A stretch of 41,035 bases of DNA from a bacterium (GTDB taxonomy: Bacteria > JAHJDO01), in contig JBDRTG010000039.1 in assembly GCA_043824255.1 (NCBI GenBank), positions 1 through 41,035 on the forward strand, written 5' to 3'. A model generated the notes under the pieces. It was not told the origin of the DNA. It ran no database searches and was given only the letters and a program-made list of their open reading frames with translations. Made by a program: the position numbers and the translations under genes. Shown piece by piece: positions 1 to 9,057 of the stretch (positions within the stretch are counted from its first letter, which is position 1; each line of letters begins with the position of its first letter).

Positions 1-56
1 TGCCCACAGTTACCACAATACTACTACTATTTTATCTCTTTTTATCAACCCCCAAA

Positions 57-79
57 CCCCCAATTCTTGGGGGCTTTTT
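57..79 (+). terminator. Intrinsic terminator-like hairpin
   Basis: CCCCCAA-TTC-TTGGGGG stem-loop (57-73) followed by CTTTTT. Confidence 0.6.
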
Positions 80-82
80 AGG

Positions 83-129
83 TGTGCACTTTTAAAACTT
101 AAATCGCTTAAAAACTGTGCACTTTTAAA
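83..129. repeat. 14-bp exact direct repeat, iteron/operator-like
   Basis: TGTGCACTTTTAAA at 83-96 and 116-129 (33-bp period), upstream of xis-like and repA-like genes. Confidence 0.75.
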
Positions 130-211
130 TTTTATCTGACATTATTTATTTTCTCCTTGACAACTTCCTTTATATTGTAATAAACGCAATCTAACTGGAG
201 GTATTTATAAA

Positions 212-430
212 ATGGTGGAAAATAGCAATAACGACATTCTCACCATTGACCAAGCTGCCCAACTTCTGAAAGTTAGCTCCAAAACAGTTTACGATTTAGT
301 TAGTGCTGAAAGAGTTCCTGGAAAAATTTTTGCTAAAAAAGTTGGCCGGTCATGGCGCATTATGCGAAAAGAAATTGATGGTTTTTTATCTGAAGAGAAA
401 GGTCTTTTTTATCAACTGCCCCTTAAATAA
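212..430 (+). CDS. Excisionase-family (HTH_17) DNA-binding protein
   Basis: ILTIDQAAQLLKVSSKTVYDLV...AKKVGRSWRI pattern; GGAGG RBS upstream. Confidence 0.85.
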   Translation: MVENSNNDILTIDQAAQLLKVSSKTVYDLVSAERVPGKIFAKKVGRSWRIMRKEIDGFLSEEKGLFYQLPLK

Positions 431-475
431 AAAGAGGATGTTTTCTATTATTATTTTAGATAAAATAAACAAAAA

Positions 476-742
476 ATGAAAAAGCAAGATAATTCACAAA
501 ACCTGAAAAATAATAGCTATATTCCGCCAAATAGATTTTATACCGAAAAAGAAGAAGTAACTCTTAGGTTTTACCAAACTCCAAAAGCTTTATTTAATAA
601 CCCAATATATAAAAACCTTTCGCTGGGACCTAAATTAATGTATTCAATTTTAAGGGATAGATTAGATCTTTCTATAAAAAATAACTGGAAGGATGAAAAA
701 AGATATATTTACGTTGGCAAGTATGATAAACTTTTATCATGA
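476..742 (+). pseudogene. Truncated RepA_N-type replication initiator
   Basis: RFYQTPKALFNNPIYKNLSLGPKLMYSILRDRLDLSIKNNWKDEKRYIY resembles the RepA_N winged-helix start; the ORF ends at 88 aa, before the rest of the domain. Confidence 0.7.
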
Positions 743-782
743 GATCTTTCCTAGTAAATTGGCGGGGAAATAAACTCTTTTC

Positions 783-802
783 TTGTGCCCATTTTGTGCC
801 CA
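783..802. repeat. Tandem TTGTGCCCA direct repeat, integrase arm-type-site-like
   Basis: TTGTGCCCA at 783-791 and 794-802 (11-bp period); TAAGTAAT repeats follow at 833 and 842; the window itself starts with TGCCCA. Confidence 0.5.
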
Positions 803-890
803 AACTACCCCAAAACAGGTATAAAGTCATCGTAAGTAATATAAGTAATGTAATTTGGTAAGTGTATGTTAGGCAGGAACTAAATAAGAT

Positions 891-1091
891 TCAGCTGTAT
901 TTTGAAGTGTCAACTTCCTTCTCTGGTTCAATCATGGCAATAAGTTTCTCCACGTCCTTGTATTTAAAGACAATCTCATTATCTAAGCGATAGGCTTTAA
1001 TCTTTTTGCTCTTAATAAGTTCTAACATTTCTGCTCTACTGAGCTTTAACGTCTGCTGAACCTCGTTCCTTGTTAGATATTTTCCTGCCAT
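891..1091 (-). CDS. Small HTH_17/MerR-like (Xis/BldC-type) DNA-binding protein
   Basis: YLTRNEVQQTLKLSRAEMLELIKSKKIKAYR...FKYKDVEKL; AAGGA RBS; 14 bp downstream of the kinase stop. Confidence 0.75.
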   Translation of the reverse strand: MAGKYLTRNEVQQTLKLSRAEMLELIKSKKIKAYRLDNEIVFKYKDVEKLIAMIEPEKEVDTSKYS

Positions 1092-1105
1092 TTTTCCTTG
1101 TTTCT

Positions 1106-2275
1106 TTATTTAATACTCTCCATAAATTTAGAAAGGGACCCTTCTCCTTCTTTATCGTTTGAGACAAATTGTATGCCAATATTGCAATCTTCTTTCTTTT
1201 GTAAATGCCAGATTATTTGACCATTTAGTTCTAAATATTTCTGAATGTCCAGCACAGGAATTCTCACTTGGAGCTTCATCTTCTCTTTTATTCTAGGATG
1301 TTCTACGTCTTTATGTCTCGGTATTCTTATGCGAATCCCACCAAGACTAATATCTTTTATATAAGCATAGCATTCTACTATGTGTTTTTCTGTATCATTT
1401 AGGAATCTTAGTTCAACACCTGTATTAACAGCATACCGCGGATGTTTTCTTCTCTCTTGGCCTATCCAGCTAGTTGTTTTTACAGTTCTTTTTATATCTG
1501 AAACTAACTCCTCTATGCTTTGATACCTTTCAGCAGGATTGATATTAAGAGTTTTTAAAATAATGCCCTCAAAATCTTTGGATATCTCTTGATTGTAAAC
1601 CCGTGGTGGTTTAATAGGCACATTTAGTTGCTGGAAAACAATTTGAGCAAGAGCCTCTCCATCAAATGGTCTCCTTCCTGTTGCAAGTTCATACATAACT
1701 ACCCCAAGAGAGTAAATATCAGCCCGTTCATCCCCTCTATATCCTTTTACCTGTTCAGGAGACATATAATGCGGAGTACCAGCCCTTTCCCGAACTTTCG
1801 TACCATCTTTGTCCTTCTCATAAGCTAAACCAAAATCTATTATTTTCACATCACCATCTTTTGTCAAAATTATATTCCTGCTTTTTATGTCCTGATGTAT
1901 AACACCTTTTTTGTGAATATACCCAAGTATGTCGCATACTTTAAGAATTATACTAATGTAATTCTTTGAGAGATCACTATGAGCTTTTATCAGCTCTCTC
2001 AGGTTATATCCGTCAATATATTCTAGTACAATATATTGCAAATCTTTCTTTTCCCCGAAGTCGTACACCCTGGGAATATTTTTATGACTTAATTTCTTCA
2101 TTATTTCCACTTCATGAAAAAATCTGTCGATACATCTTCGGTCAGTATCGGGTTTTATCCGTAATATTTTAATGATTACATCTGTTTTGTCTTTAATCCC
2201 TAGATAAATATCTGCAAAATCAGTAGAAGTAAGATATTTATTTATTTTATATCCTGATACGTGTTTCCCAATCAT
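1106..2275 (-). CDS. Hanks-type Ser/Thr protein kinase with C-terminal PilZ domain, no TM segment seen
   Basis: VIIK, HQDIKSRN, DFG and GTPHYMSPEQ kinase motifs; PilZ motifs RRKHPR (RxxxR) and DISLGG (DxSxxG). ATG at 2275 preferred over TTG at 2296. Confidence 0.9.
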   Translation of the reverse strand: MIGKHVSGYKINKYLTSTDFADIYLGIKDKTDVIIKILRIKPDTDRRCIDRFFHEVEIMKKLSHKNIPRVYDFGEKKDLQYIVLEYIDGYNLRELIKAHSDLSKNYISIILKVCDILGYIHKKGVIHQDIKSRNIILTKDGDVKIIDFGLAYEKDKDGTKVRERAGTPHYMSPEQVKGYRGDERADIYSLGVVMYELATGRRPFDGEALAQIVFQQLNVPIKPPRVYNQEISKDFEGIILKTLNINPAERYQSIEELVSDIKRTVKTTSWIGQERRKHPRYAVNTGVELRFLNDTEKHIVECYAYIKDISLGGIRIRIPRHKDVEHPRIKEKMKLQVRIPVLDIQKYLELNGQIIWHLQKKEDCNIGIQFVSNDKEGEGSLSKFMESIK

Positions 2276-2325
2276 AGAAACAAATAACCCATCCAAGCCT
2301 TGACCTGAATGGGTTCCCTCTTTAT

Positions 2326-2413
2326 TTCGGCAACCCAGCTACCATAAAGTTTACAACCTCTTAGGCCTGTAGGCTTTGCGTCCCATCCTTTCGGATAGTT
2401 TGCCCTTATCGAC
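2326..2413 (-). ncRNA. c-di-GMP-I (GEMM-I) riboswitch
   Basis: Minus strand reads TCGATAAGGGCAAACTATCCGAAAGGATGGGACGCAAAGCCTACAGGCCTAA...TATGGTAGCTGGGTTGCCGAA, with the hallmark GGCAAAC / GAAA tetraloop / GGGACGCAAAGC / CCTAA...TATGG receptor / GGTTGCCG elements. Confidence 0.93.
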
Positions 2414-2442
2414 TAATTTAAATTTTCAATTAACTATCATTA

Positions 2443-2493
2443 AGTATATACCATAATTATCTAAAAGTCAAGGGATTGTGTCAAGCCTGTCAA
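2443..2493 (-). promoter_or_regulatory. Sigma70 promoter for the riboswitch-kinase unit, with triple TTGAC repeat
   Basis: Minus strand TTGACT(2471-2466)-N17-TATACT(2448-2443); extra TTGACA copies at 2484-2479 and 2493-2488. Confidence 0.75.
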
Positions 2494-2511
2494 GCCAAAA
2501 TAGAAATGTGC

Positions 2512-2539
2512 TTGACTTTAACATTTATTATGATAAAAT
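2512..2539 (+). promoter_or_regulatory. Sigma70 promoter for the LacI gene, probably leaderless
   Basis: TTGACT-N16-TAAAAT with TGn extension; the predicted start site falls on the GTG/ATG at 2546/2549 and no RBS is present. Confidence 0.6.
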
Positions 2540-2545
2540 AACAAC

Positions 2546-4495
2546 GTGATGAAGAAAAAGCAAAAGAATAACTCAAAATCTATTGCCTCTATTGCGGAAG
2601 AATGTGGAGTTAGTATTATGACTGTTAGCCGCGCTCTGCGCGAAAATTCAGCGGTTAAAAAATCCACACGCGATAGAATCATCCAGACAGCAGAGAAAAT
2701 TGGTTATCATCGCAGTGTCAAATCAGGCCGACCGCGCGATATCAAACAAGCTGTTCGGCCTACTGTAGATGTAGTCTTGGGTACATTTGGCAGAATACAA
2801 CCTCTATTTTATTCCAGACTCTTGTTGACATCGATTGAAGAAGAGCTTGTCAAACATGGTCATGATTGCCTCATCCGCACATATAATGGCGAATACACTC
2901 GATTTTTATCCCTGCGAGAAAGACTTCGGCAATCTCTTGCTATTGGCACATTAATAGTGGGATATTTCCCGTTGGAACAGTTAAAAGCAATACTTGAGAT
3001 TGTTCCACAGGCAATCCTGGTGGATAATACTGGAGATCCTGGTTTGGATTGTCCTTATGAATCAGTAGGTTTCGATAACGTTGAAGCAGCGCGGCTTGCA
3101 ATCCGCCATTTACTATCCACAGGACATAAGCGGATTGTACTTATCAAGGGGTTTTCAAATCATTACTTTTCTCGTGAAATTGAGCAAGGATACAGAGAAA
3201 CACTCAAGCAACACGGCATCGAAATTGATGAAAATCTTATTTTAGAGACTGATTTTGCCACACAAGTTGCATATGAGAGGATATCTTCAATTATTGATAA
3301 AGGGATTAAATTTGATGCGGTATTTACGAATGATGAGATGGCATGCGGTGTAATTCGTGCGCTGCATGAACGCAAGATAAATATTCCATCCGATATTGCT
3401 GTAGCTGGATGTGATGGATTGCCAGTTGGTATGCATATTATGCCCAGACTGACTACTGTTATTCTTGATTACCACAAGCTCGGCAGAACAGCAGTTGAAC
3501 ATCTTCTGGATAACAGGGGAAAAATGTCGTCACCATGTCGGATTAAGCTGGTGCCGGTACTGGAAGTGAGAGAAAGTACTGTTCATACGATATGTCAAAA
3601 GCTAATACAGGATATTAAAAAATCAGGTAAAAGCACATTTGTTAAGGATAGAGTGGCAACAGTTATCAAATCGAATAATATTTCAAATCTAACCATAGGT
3701 GTTAATATTAGATTTGATGAATATGCTGTATCAAATTGGTATTATAATCTTCTTATGGGATCTATTGTTAAAGCATGTCTTAATCTAGGGCATAAATTGC
3801 AGCTTATTTCTAATCTTAGTAATGTTACCAGAAATGAAATAGATGGTATAATTTGGGTAGGACCTGCTAAAGAGGAGTGCGAAATTCTCTTCAACCTATC
3901 CATTGCTGATATACCGATAATTATAGTCAACAGAACCCCTGATAACAAGAATATAAGTTATGTTACTACAGACCATAGGGAAGCCGTTTTTAAGGCAATT
4001 GAATATCTGTTAAAATTAAATCATAAAAAGATAGGTTTTATTAGTTCCCCTCTCTCTGAGCCTCTAAATCAAGAACGTTTAGGAGGATACATAGACGCTT
4101 TTGCTAAGAATTCTGTAAAAATAGACAATAGTCTTATATTTGAAGTGAAACCATATATTAAGAAGCAGATTTATCAAGAAATTTCGGAGGTAGTATCTAA
4201 AAATAAATTATCTGCTTTATTCCTAGAAGGAGCTAGTTTTATTGCTAGTACTTTAAAAGTTATATACGATAAGGGATTAAAAGTTCCGGATGACATTTCT
4301 GTCATCTGTTTTGATGATATTGAGGGATTAGAAGAGCATTCAGGACCTTCTTTGACCTCGATTAGGCAGCCTCTTACCGAAATGGGCAAGCGAACAGTGC
4401 AGGGGTTAATGAGGCTTGTTGAAAATAGGCATATTAAAATTGCAGAAGTTATTCCTTCGGAATTTGTGCTGAGGCAATCCTGTAAAAGGAGGTAA
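2546..4495 (+). CDS. LacI-family regulator with two tandem sugar-binding (PBP-like) domains
   Basis: [23 protein letters not shown]; two effector domains with [12 protein letters not shown]...LEVRES and [12 protein letters not shown]...FVLRQS. Confidence 0.9.
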   Translation: MMKKKQKNNSKSIASIAEECGVSIMTVSRALRENSAVKKSTRDRIIQTAEKIGYHRSVKSGRPRDIKQAVRPTVDVVLGTFGRIQPLFYSRLLLTSIEEELVKHGHDCLIRTYNGEYTRFLSLRERLRQSLAIGTLIVGYFPLEQLKAILEIVPQAILVDNTGDPGLDCPYESVGFDNVEAARLAIRHLLSTGHKRIVLIKGFSNHYFSREIEQGYRETLKQHGIEIDENLILETDFATQVAYERISSIIDKGIKFDAVFTNDEMACGVIRALHERKINIPSDIAVAGCDGLPVGMHIMPRLTTVILDYHKLGRTAVEHLLDNRGKMSSPCRIKLVPVLEVRESTVHTICQKLIQDIKKSGKSTFVKDRVATVIKSNNISNLTIGVNIRFDEYAVSNWYYNLLMGSIVKACLNLGHKLQLISNLSNVTRNEIDGIIWVGPAKEECEILFNLSIADIPIIIVNRTPDNKNISYVTTDHREAVFKAIEYLLKLNHKKIGFISSPLSEPLNQERLGGYIDAFAKNSVKIDNSLIFEVKPYIKKQIYQEISEVVSKNKLSALFLEGASFIASTLKVIYDKGLKVPDDISVICFDDIEGLEEHSGPSLTSIRQPLTEMGKRTVQGLMRLVENRHIKIAEVIPSEFVLRQSCKRR

Positions 4496-4500
4496 AACCC

Positions 4501-5273
4501 ATGATTAAGTTATTCTCTTTGGTTATTAATTATAGGTTAAAAAAATCTAGGCGACACGCACAGGTTTGTTATCGACGACAAAATTGCTATGCCACATCTT
4601 CTTTTTTATCTGCACATGGTTTCACGTTGATTGAGCTTTTGGTGGTAATAGCCATCATAGCTCTACTTGCATCAATGCTACTTCCAGCGCTTCAGAAAGC
4701 CAGGGAGATGGCCAGGCAGGCGGTATGTATAGGTAAGCTGAAACAATTAGGATTTGCGATCAATATGTATACCAATGATTGGGATGGATATATTCCAGCG
4801 CCGACAGAGATAAATGCAGATTCGTGGATGCAAAAATTAACCCCATATGTTGGTGGCGGCAATCATTTGCATTCTGCTATAATTGCGAAAGGATTGGGTA
4901 AGTGTCCATCTAATAAACAAGTAGTTTCATGGACTGGTAATTGGCTTAAGATCAACTACGCTATGAGTTCTTTAGCTTGTAATTCATGGGCTCCAAATTA
5001 CTGTCAAAAAGAATCCAAGATAAAAAACCCTCTGAATGGGTAATCATGCATGACTGCCTGAGTGAAAGTCCATGGGCTGGAAGTCCTAGCTATGGATATA
5101 CCACCGATGCGTCTCTCTGCTGGTGGCTATCCACCTACACTCAAGTAGGCTCGGGTGTATGCCAGGTATTAGAAGTTCATAATGGGGGATTAAATTTTTT
5201 ATTTTTAGATGGCCACGTTAAATGGGCAAGAGAAGGAGAGGCTGATATTACGTGGTTTGATAACTCAGACTAA
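4501..5273 (+). pseudogene. Prepilin-type N-terminal / DUF1559 / H-X9-DG protein split by a frameshift at the A6 run (5022-5027)
   Basis: [30 protein letters not shown] lies in ORF 4501-5043 and HNGGLNFLFLDGHVKW in ORF 4986-5273; one extra A joins them as [12 protein letters not shown]. The gene may be intact in vivo. Confidence 0.8.
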
Positions 5274-5323
5274 AATAATTTAAATCAGGAATCGCAAAAG
5301 ATTCCGCAAAAAGGAGGACGGCA

Positions 5324-5911
5324 ATGAAAAAAGGTATAGTTGTTGGGTTGGTTGTTTTGGCTGTTTGTAGTTGTTTAAGTTCGGCAAAGGCAGAAGAAAA
5401 AGGCAAGAACCTTGCTCCAAATCCAGGTTTTGAAGACGGCACAAGTGTGCCTGATGGTTGGTCGTTTGTTGATCCGCGAAAGGAAGGAACCATGCAGATG
5501 GAAAGAACACTGGAAGACGGTCTTTCCGGAAAAGCTTCATGCAAGGTTAGCGGTGAGACCCAGGGTTATAATGCTTTAATATCTACAATAATAAAATTAA
5601 GAGCGCCATATCCTACTAAATTAGAATTGAGCGCTTTTGTAAAAGGTGTTATGTCCGGCGGGGTGCAAATATATGCCTGGGGCTGGCTAAAGGATGAAGA
5701 TCCGAGCAAACACTGTGACTTTCCGGGCCAGAAAATAATTCCCAATGCAGAGGATTGGAACCAGGTCAAATACTTAATCGATACTAAAGAACAAAAATTA
5801 ATCAAATACACCAAAGGACAGGAAATAGTCCGTATCCAGGTATGGTTTTTAATATATGGTAATGGGACCGTCTATTTTGATGATGTTTCTGTAACAGTCC
5901 CGGAAGAGTAG
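5324..5911 (+). CDS. Secreted carbohydrate-binding-module-like protein (CBM4/9 galactose-binding-like fold)
   Basis: Signal peptide ending AKA; NLAPNPGFE...PDGW and GTVYFDDVSV motifs; AGGAGG RBS. Confidence 0.7.
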   Translation: MKKGIVVGLVVLAVCSCLSSAKAEEKGKNLAPNPGFEDGTSVPDGWSFVDPRKEGTMQMERTLEDGLSGKASCKVSGETQGYNALISTIIKLRAPYPTKLELSAFVKGVMSGGVQIYAWGWLKDEDPSKHCDFPGQKIIPNAEDWNQVKYLIDTKEQKLIKYTKGQEIVRIQVWFLIYGNGTVYFDDVSVTVPEE

Positions 5912-5963
5912 TTATGATAAGCAAATTAAAATAACAACCTATTAAATAGGAAAGGAGATAATC

Positions 5964-8900
5964 ATGTTGAAGCGAGCCATATTGTTTTTCACTATGATGT
6001 ATTGGGCAATAGGGGTAGCGGTTAGTTTATGTCCAGCCGACACAAATCTTGTTCTTATTAATAAAACGAAACTTCCACCTAAAATAGACGGGAAACTGGA
6101 TGACACGGTTTGGCAAAAATCAAGTTTTGTTTCTGGTTTTGTCTTAACTCAAGGAAAGGGAACTCCCGCAAATAAGACAAGGTTTTACTTGCTTTATGAT
6201 AGCAACAACCTTTATGTCGGAGCACGATGCGAAGAAAAAGCATTAGAAGCTGTTATGATGCAGCAGACCCTTTTTAAGAAAGACAAGACAGCAAGAGACG
6301 CTGCTTTGTGGGAAGACGATTGTATTGAGATATTTTTAGACCCCACTAACAGCCAGACTAATTATTATCATTACGTGGTAAATTCATTAGGTGCTACATA
6401 TGACGCAAAATGCAGTTTAGGGGTAGATATGAACTCCAAGTGGAACAGTAATGTTATAGCAGTTGGGCATACAGGAGAGGGGTTTTGGTCGGTTGAAGTA
6501 GCTATACCGTTTAAAGACTTAGGTCTATCACCACCTATATTGCCGGGACAAAAATGGCGGGTCAACTTCTGCCGTGAGGAGAAACCATATAAAGAAAATT
6601 CAAGCTGGTCGCCTATAATCGTGGCCTTTCACACACCCAAAGAGTTTGGAGAGATAGTATTCAACGAAGAGGAAGGAGCTTTTGTCAAGAACCTGAGGGA
6701 AGACGTAAAAGGTAATAAGGGAATGGTTAGTGTAGAAATAAAGAATAATTCTGCAGCAAAGAAGACAATAGCATGTCAGGTAAAGGTAATCGGGGAGAAT
6801 ACTTCTTCCGGCAATTCAAAAAGAGCGCAGATAGATCCGGGGGAGATTAAGAACATAGAGTTTGCCTATAAGCTGAAAGACCCTGGTAAGAACAAGATTA
6901 TCAAAACAGTTCATGATCTTACAGGCGATGCTCTTTTATACCGAAAGACGGATTTTAGCGCTGTGACTTTAATTCCATTTGAGTTGAAAGCCAGTGGCTA
7001 TAAATATCAGCTTTATGTCAACGGCAAGAAGATATTGGACTCTGCAGGGAAAAAGACTTTTTCAGGCGGGATAAATAAAGGTTTGAACGTTATTGGTATT
7101 ATGGCTGAGAGAAATGAAGTCGATGCCGGTATAAGTTTGGAAATATCATTCCCAAGTAGCTCTGATAAGATAAGAGGAGACAATTCTTGGAAATGTTTGG
7201 GTCAATACCATGAAGGCTGGAATACTGTAAACTTTGATGATAGCGGCTGGCAGATGAGTAAAAATACATCAGCACTACACTCTATGTGGGGAGATGGTTC
7301 AGCCAATAAGATGTATTTTCGAAAGATAGTCGAGGTTGATGAATTTGTCGGATTACGAGATATTTCTTTAAGTCCGGACTATGTACAGCAGTTAAACTTT
7401 ATATTAGTCAATACCACGGCCGTTGCCTACAAAAATTACAATTTGATTATAGAAACGCCGGAAAATATTGAACTTCTGAATCCGATAAGAAAAAAAGGTA
7501 TGTGGGAAGGACTTAGGAATATCCCCCAGGGAGCGGAAGAGGAAAGAATATCGAAAGCAGAAAAGTCTTATCGGAGATATACAATATCGTTCAAGGAATC
7601 ACTTAAACCTTACATAAAGTCTAGTTCATTGGGCTGGTATGAATTCCCTCTCTTTTTTAAAACTTCTACTAAACTTTTACCTGGAACACAAGGACAAGTA
7701 TTGTATCGCTATATCGCTAATGATGGAAGCATTTTAAGCTTGACCAACCGAATTAAATATAATGTTATTCCGGCTTTTATGGCCCAAAAACGTCCCAAGC
7801 AATTAGAGATTGTACTTGATCCAGAAGGTTCTCGTTCTGTTTCTGCCAGAGAATGGGAAGAATATATTGCCAAGACATTGGTTCTCTCAGGAGCAACGCG
7901 GATAAACATGTTATACAGAAACCCCGAGATAATAAAAGCGATAAAAGTTGCGCATATAAATCCGTATTGTTGGTTTCGTTCCACCTGGGATTTTGAACAC
8001 CCATACATATACAAAAGCGATCATGCAGAGGCAGGAAGAGTATTCTTTGATGATAAAAGAAGCAATACCATGATGTGCCCGGAATACTTTGTTCGGAACA
8101 ACGAATTCTTTGATAGCCTGAAACTTGCAATTAAAAAAATTATTGAAAAATGTCCATTCACCGGCTTTTATCATGATCATGAGCCAATTGAAAGTGAAAG
8201 CTGTTATTGTGAAAGGTGCTTGACTGCATTTGCTAAATACCTGGGTAAAACAAATATTAAGAAAGAAGAGATTAAAAATTATCCCGATAAATGGATAGAT
8301 TTCCGATGTCGTCAGGAAGCAGCATGGGTTGGAATAATTAGGAAAGCGATGAAAGAAGTTGATCCCAGGCTTAAATTGATTGTTTATAGTGCGGGACAGG
8401 CAGAATGGTGTAAGAAACGATATCTAATTGATTGGAACTATATGGCTCAGAGTGTTGATGGCGCTCAATGTGGATACGGGAGACAAAAGGAAATGTATGG
8501 CATGATGATCAGAGATATCTTGAAAGACAAGCCGTTGGTAGGAGGAGTACAAGTAGGAATAGATTGGATATCAATTAACAAAGAAAAAATGGATAAAAAT
8601 TTAAATCCGGAATTAACCAAAGTACAGATGTTTGAACAGGTATTGGATTGCAAGGGTGGGGCTATGATTTTTGCTCCGGGTACTTTTGATGCTGCAATCT
8701 ATACCCAAATCGCCAGTGCTTCCGAGGCTATTGCAGAATATGAAGATTTTTTTCAATACGGGGTACGTAAAGATGAATTGGCCAGGGCTAAGATAGAGAC
8801 TGCAGTATTAGTAAAAGATGGGAATCGCATCGTGGTTTTGTTCAATCGGTTGGGACGAAGGCTGGAGGTTGAATTAAGAAACTTAGAATTACCTCCAGCG

Positions 8901-9017
8901 GCCGATATAGTTGCGTACGATTATGACAATAAGAAGGTGCTTACTGGCATTGATAATCTTCGGTTGGTTATTCCACCAAACGATGTTAAGATTATTTGGA
9001 TCGGCCCAAAAAAATAA
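5964..9017 (+). CDS. Large secreted protein: CBM9-like N-terminus and putative glycoside-hydrolase TIM-barrel C-terminus
   Basis: Signal peptide; PKIDGKLDDTVW, YDSNNLYVG, DDCIEIFLDP, WSVEVAIPF (CBM9-like); C-terminal DHE...CYCERC...F...W.DFR pattern seen in GH42/GHL-like barrels. Confidence 0.7.
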   Translation: MLKRAILFFTMMYWAIGVAVSLCPADTNLVLINKTKLPPKIDGKLDDTVWQKSSFVSGFVLTQGKGTPANKTRFYLLYDSNNLYVGARCEEKALEAVMMQQTLFKKDKTARDAALWEDDCIEIFLDPTNSQTNYYHYVVNSLGATYDAKCSLGVDMNSKWNSNVIAVGHTGEGFWSVEVAIPFKDLGLSPPILPGQKWRVNFCREEKPYKENSSWSPIIVAFHTPKEFGEIVFNEEEGAFVKNLREDVKGNKGMVSVEIKNNSAAKKTIACQVKVIGENTSSGNSKRAQIDPGEIKNIEFAYKLKDPGKNKIIKTVHDLTGDALLYRKTDFSAVTLIPFELKASGYKYQLYVNGKKILDSAGKKTFSGGINKGLNVIGIMAERNEVDAGISLEISFPSSSDKIRGDNSWKCLGQYHEGWNTVNFDDSGWQMSKNTSALHSMWGDGSANKMYFRKIVEVDEFVGLRDISLSPDYVQQLNFILVNTTAVAYKNYNLIIETPENIELLNPIRKKGMWEGLRNIPQGAEEERISKAEKSYRRYTISFKESLKPYIKSSSLGWYEFPLFFKTSTKLLPGTQGQVLYRYIANDGSILSLTNRIKYNVIPAFMAQKRPKQLEIVLDPEGSRSVSAREWEEYIAKTLVLSGATRINMLYRNPEIIKAIKVAHINPYCWFRSTWDFEHPYIYKSDHAEAGRVFFDDKRSNTMMCPEYFVRNNEFFDSLKLAIKKIIEKCPFTGFYHDHEPIESESCYCERCLTAFAKYLGKTNIKKEEIKNYPDKWIDFRCRQEAAWVGIIRKAMKEVDPRLKLIVYSAGQAEWCKKRYLIDWNYMAQSVDGAQCGYGRQKEMYGMMIRDILKDKPLVGGVQVGIDWISINKEKMDKNLNPELTKVQMFEQVLDCKGGAMIFAPGTFDAAIYTQIASASEAIAEYEDFFQYGVRKDELARAKIETAVLVKDGNRIVVLFNRLGRRLEVELRNLELPPAADIVAYDYDNKKVLTGIDNLRLVIPPNDVKIIWIGPKK

Positions 9018-9057
9018 TTTACCAGAATGGAAAATTCATAGAACAGGAGAAGACAGA

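Noticed and set aside
2398..2410. Riboswitch as a 3',3'-cGAMP (GEMM-Ib) variant
   Set aside because: The position equivalent to Vc2 G20 is G (AAGGGCAAAC), the c-di-GMP signature; cGAMP variants typically have A.
8911..9057. Extended TTG start giving the GH36-like protein a signal-like N-terminus
   Set aside because: It overlaps the upstream gene by more than 100 bp; ATG 9058 has a proper AGGAG RBS.
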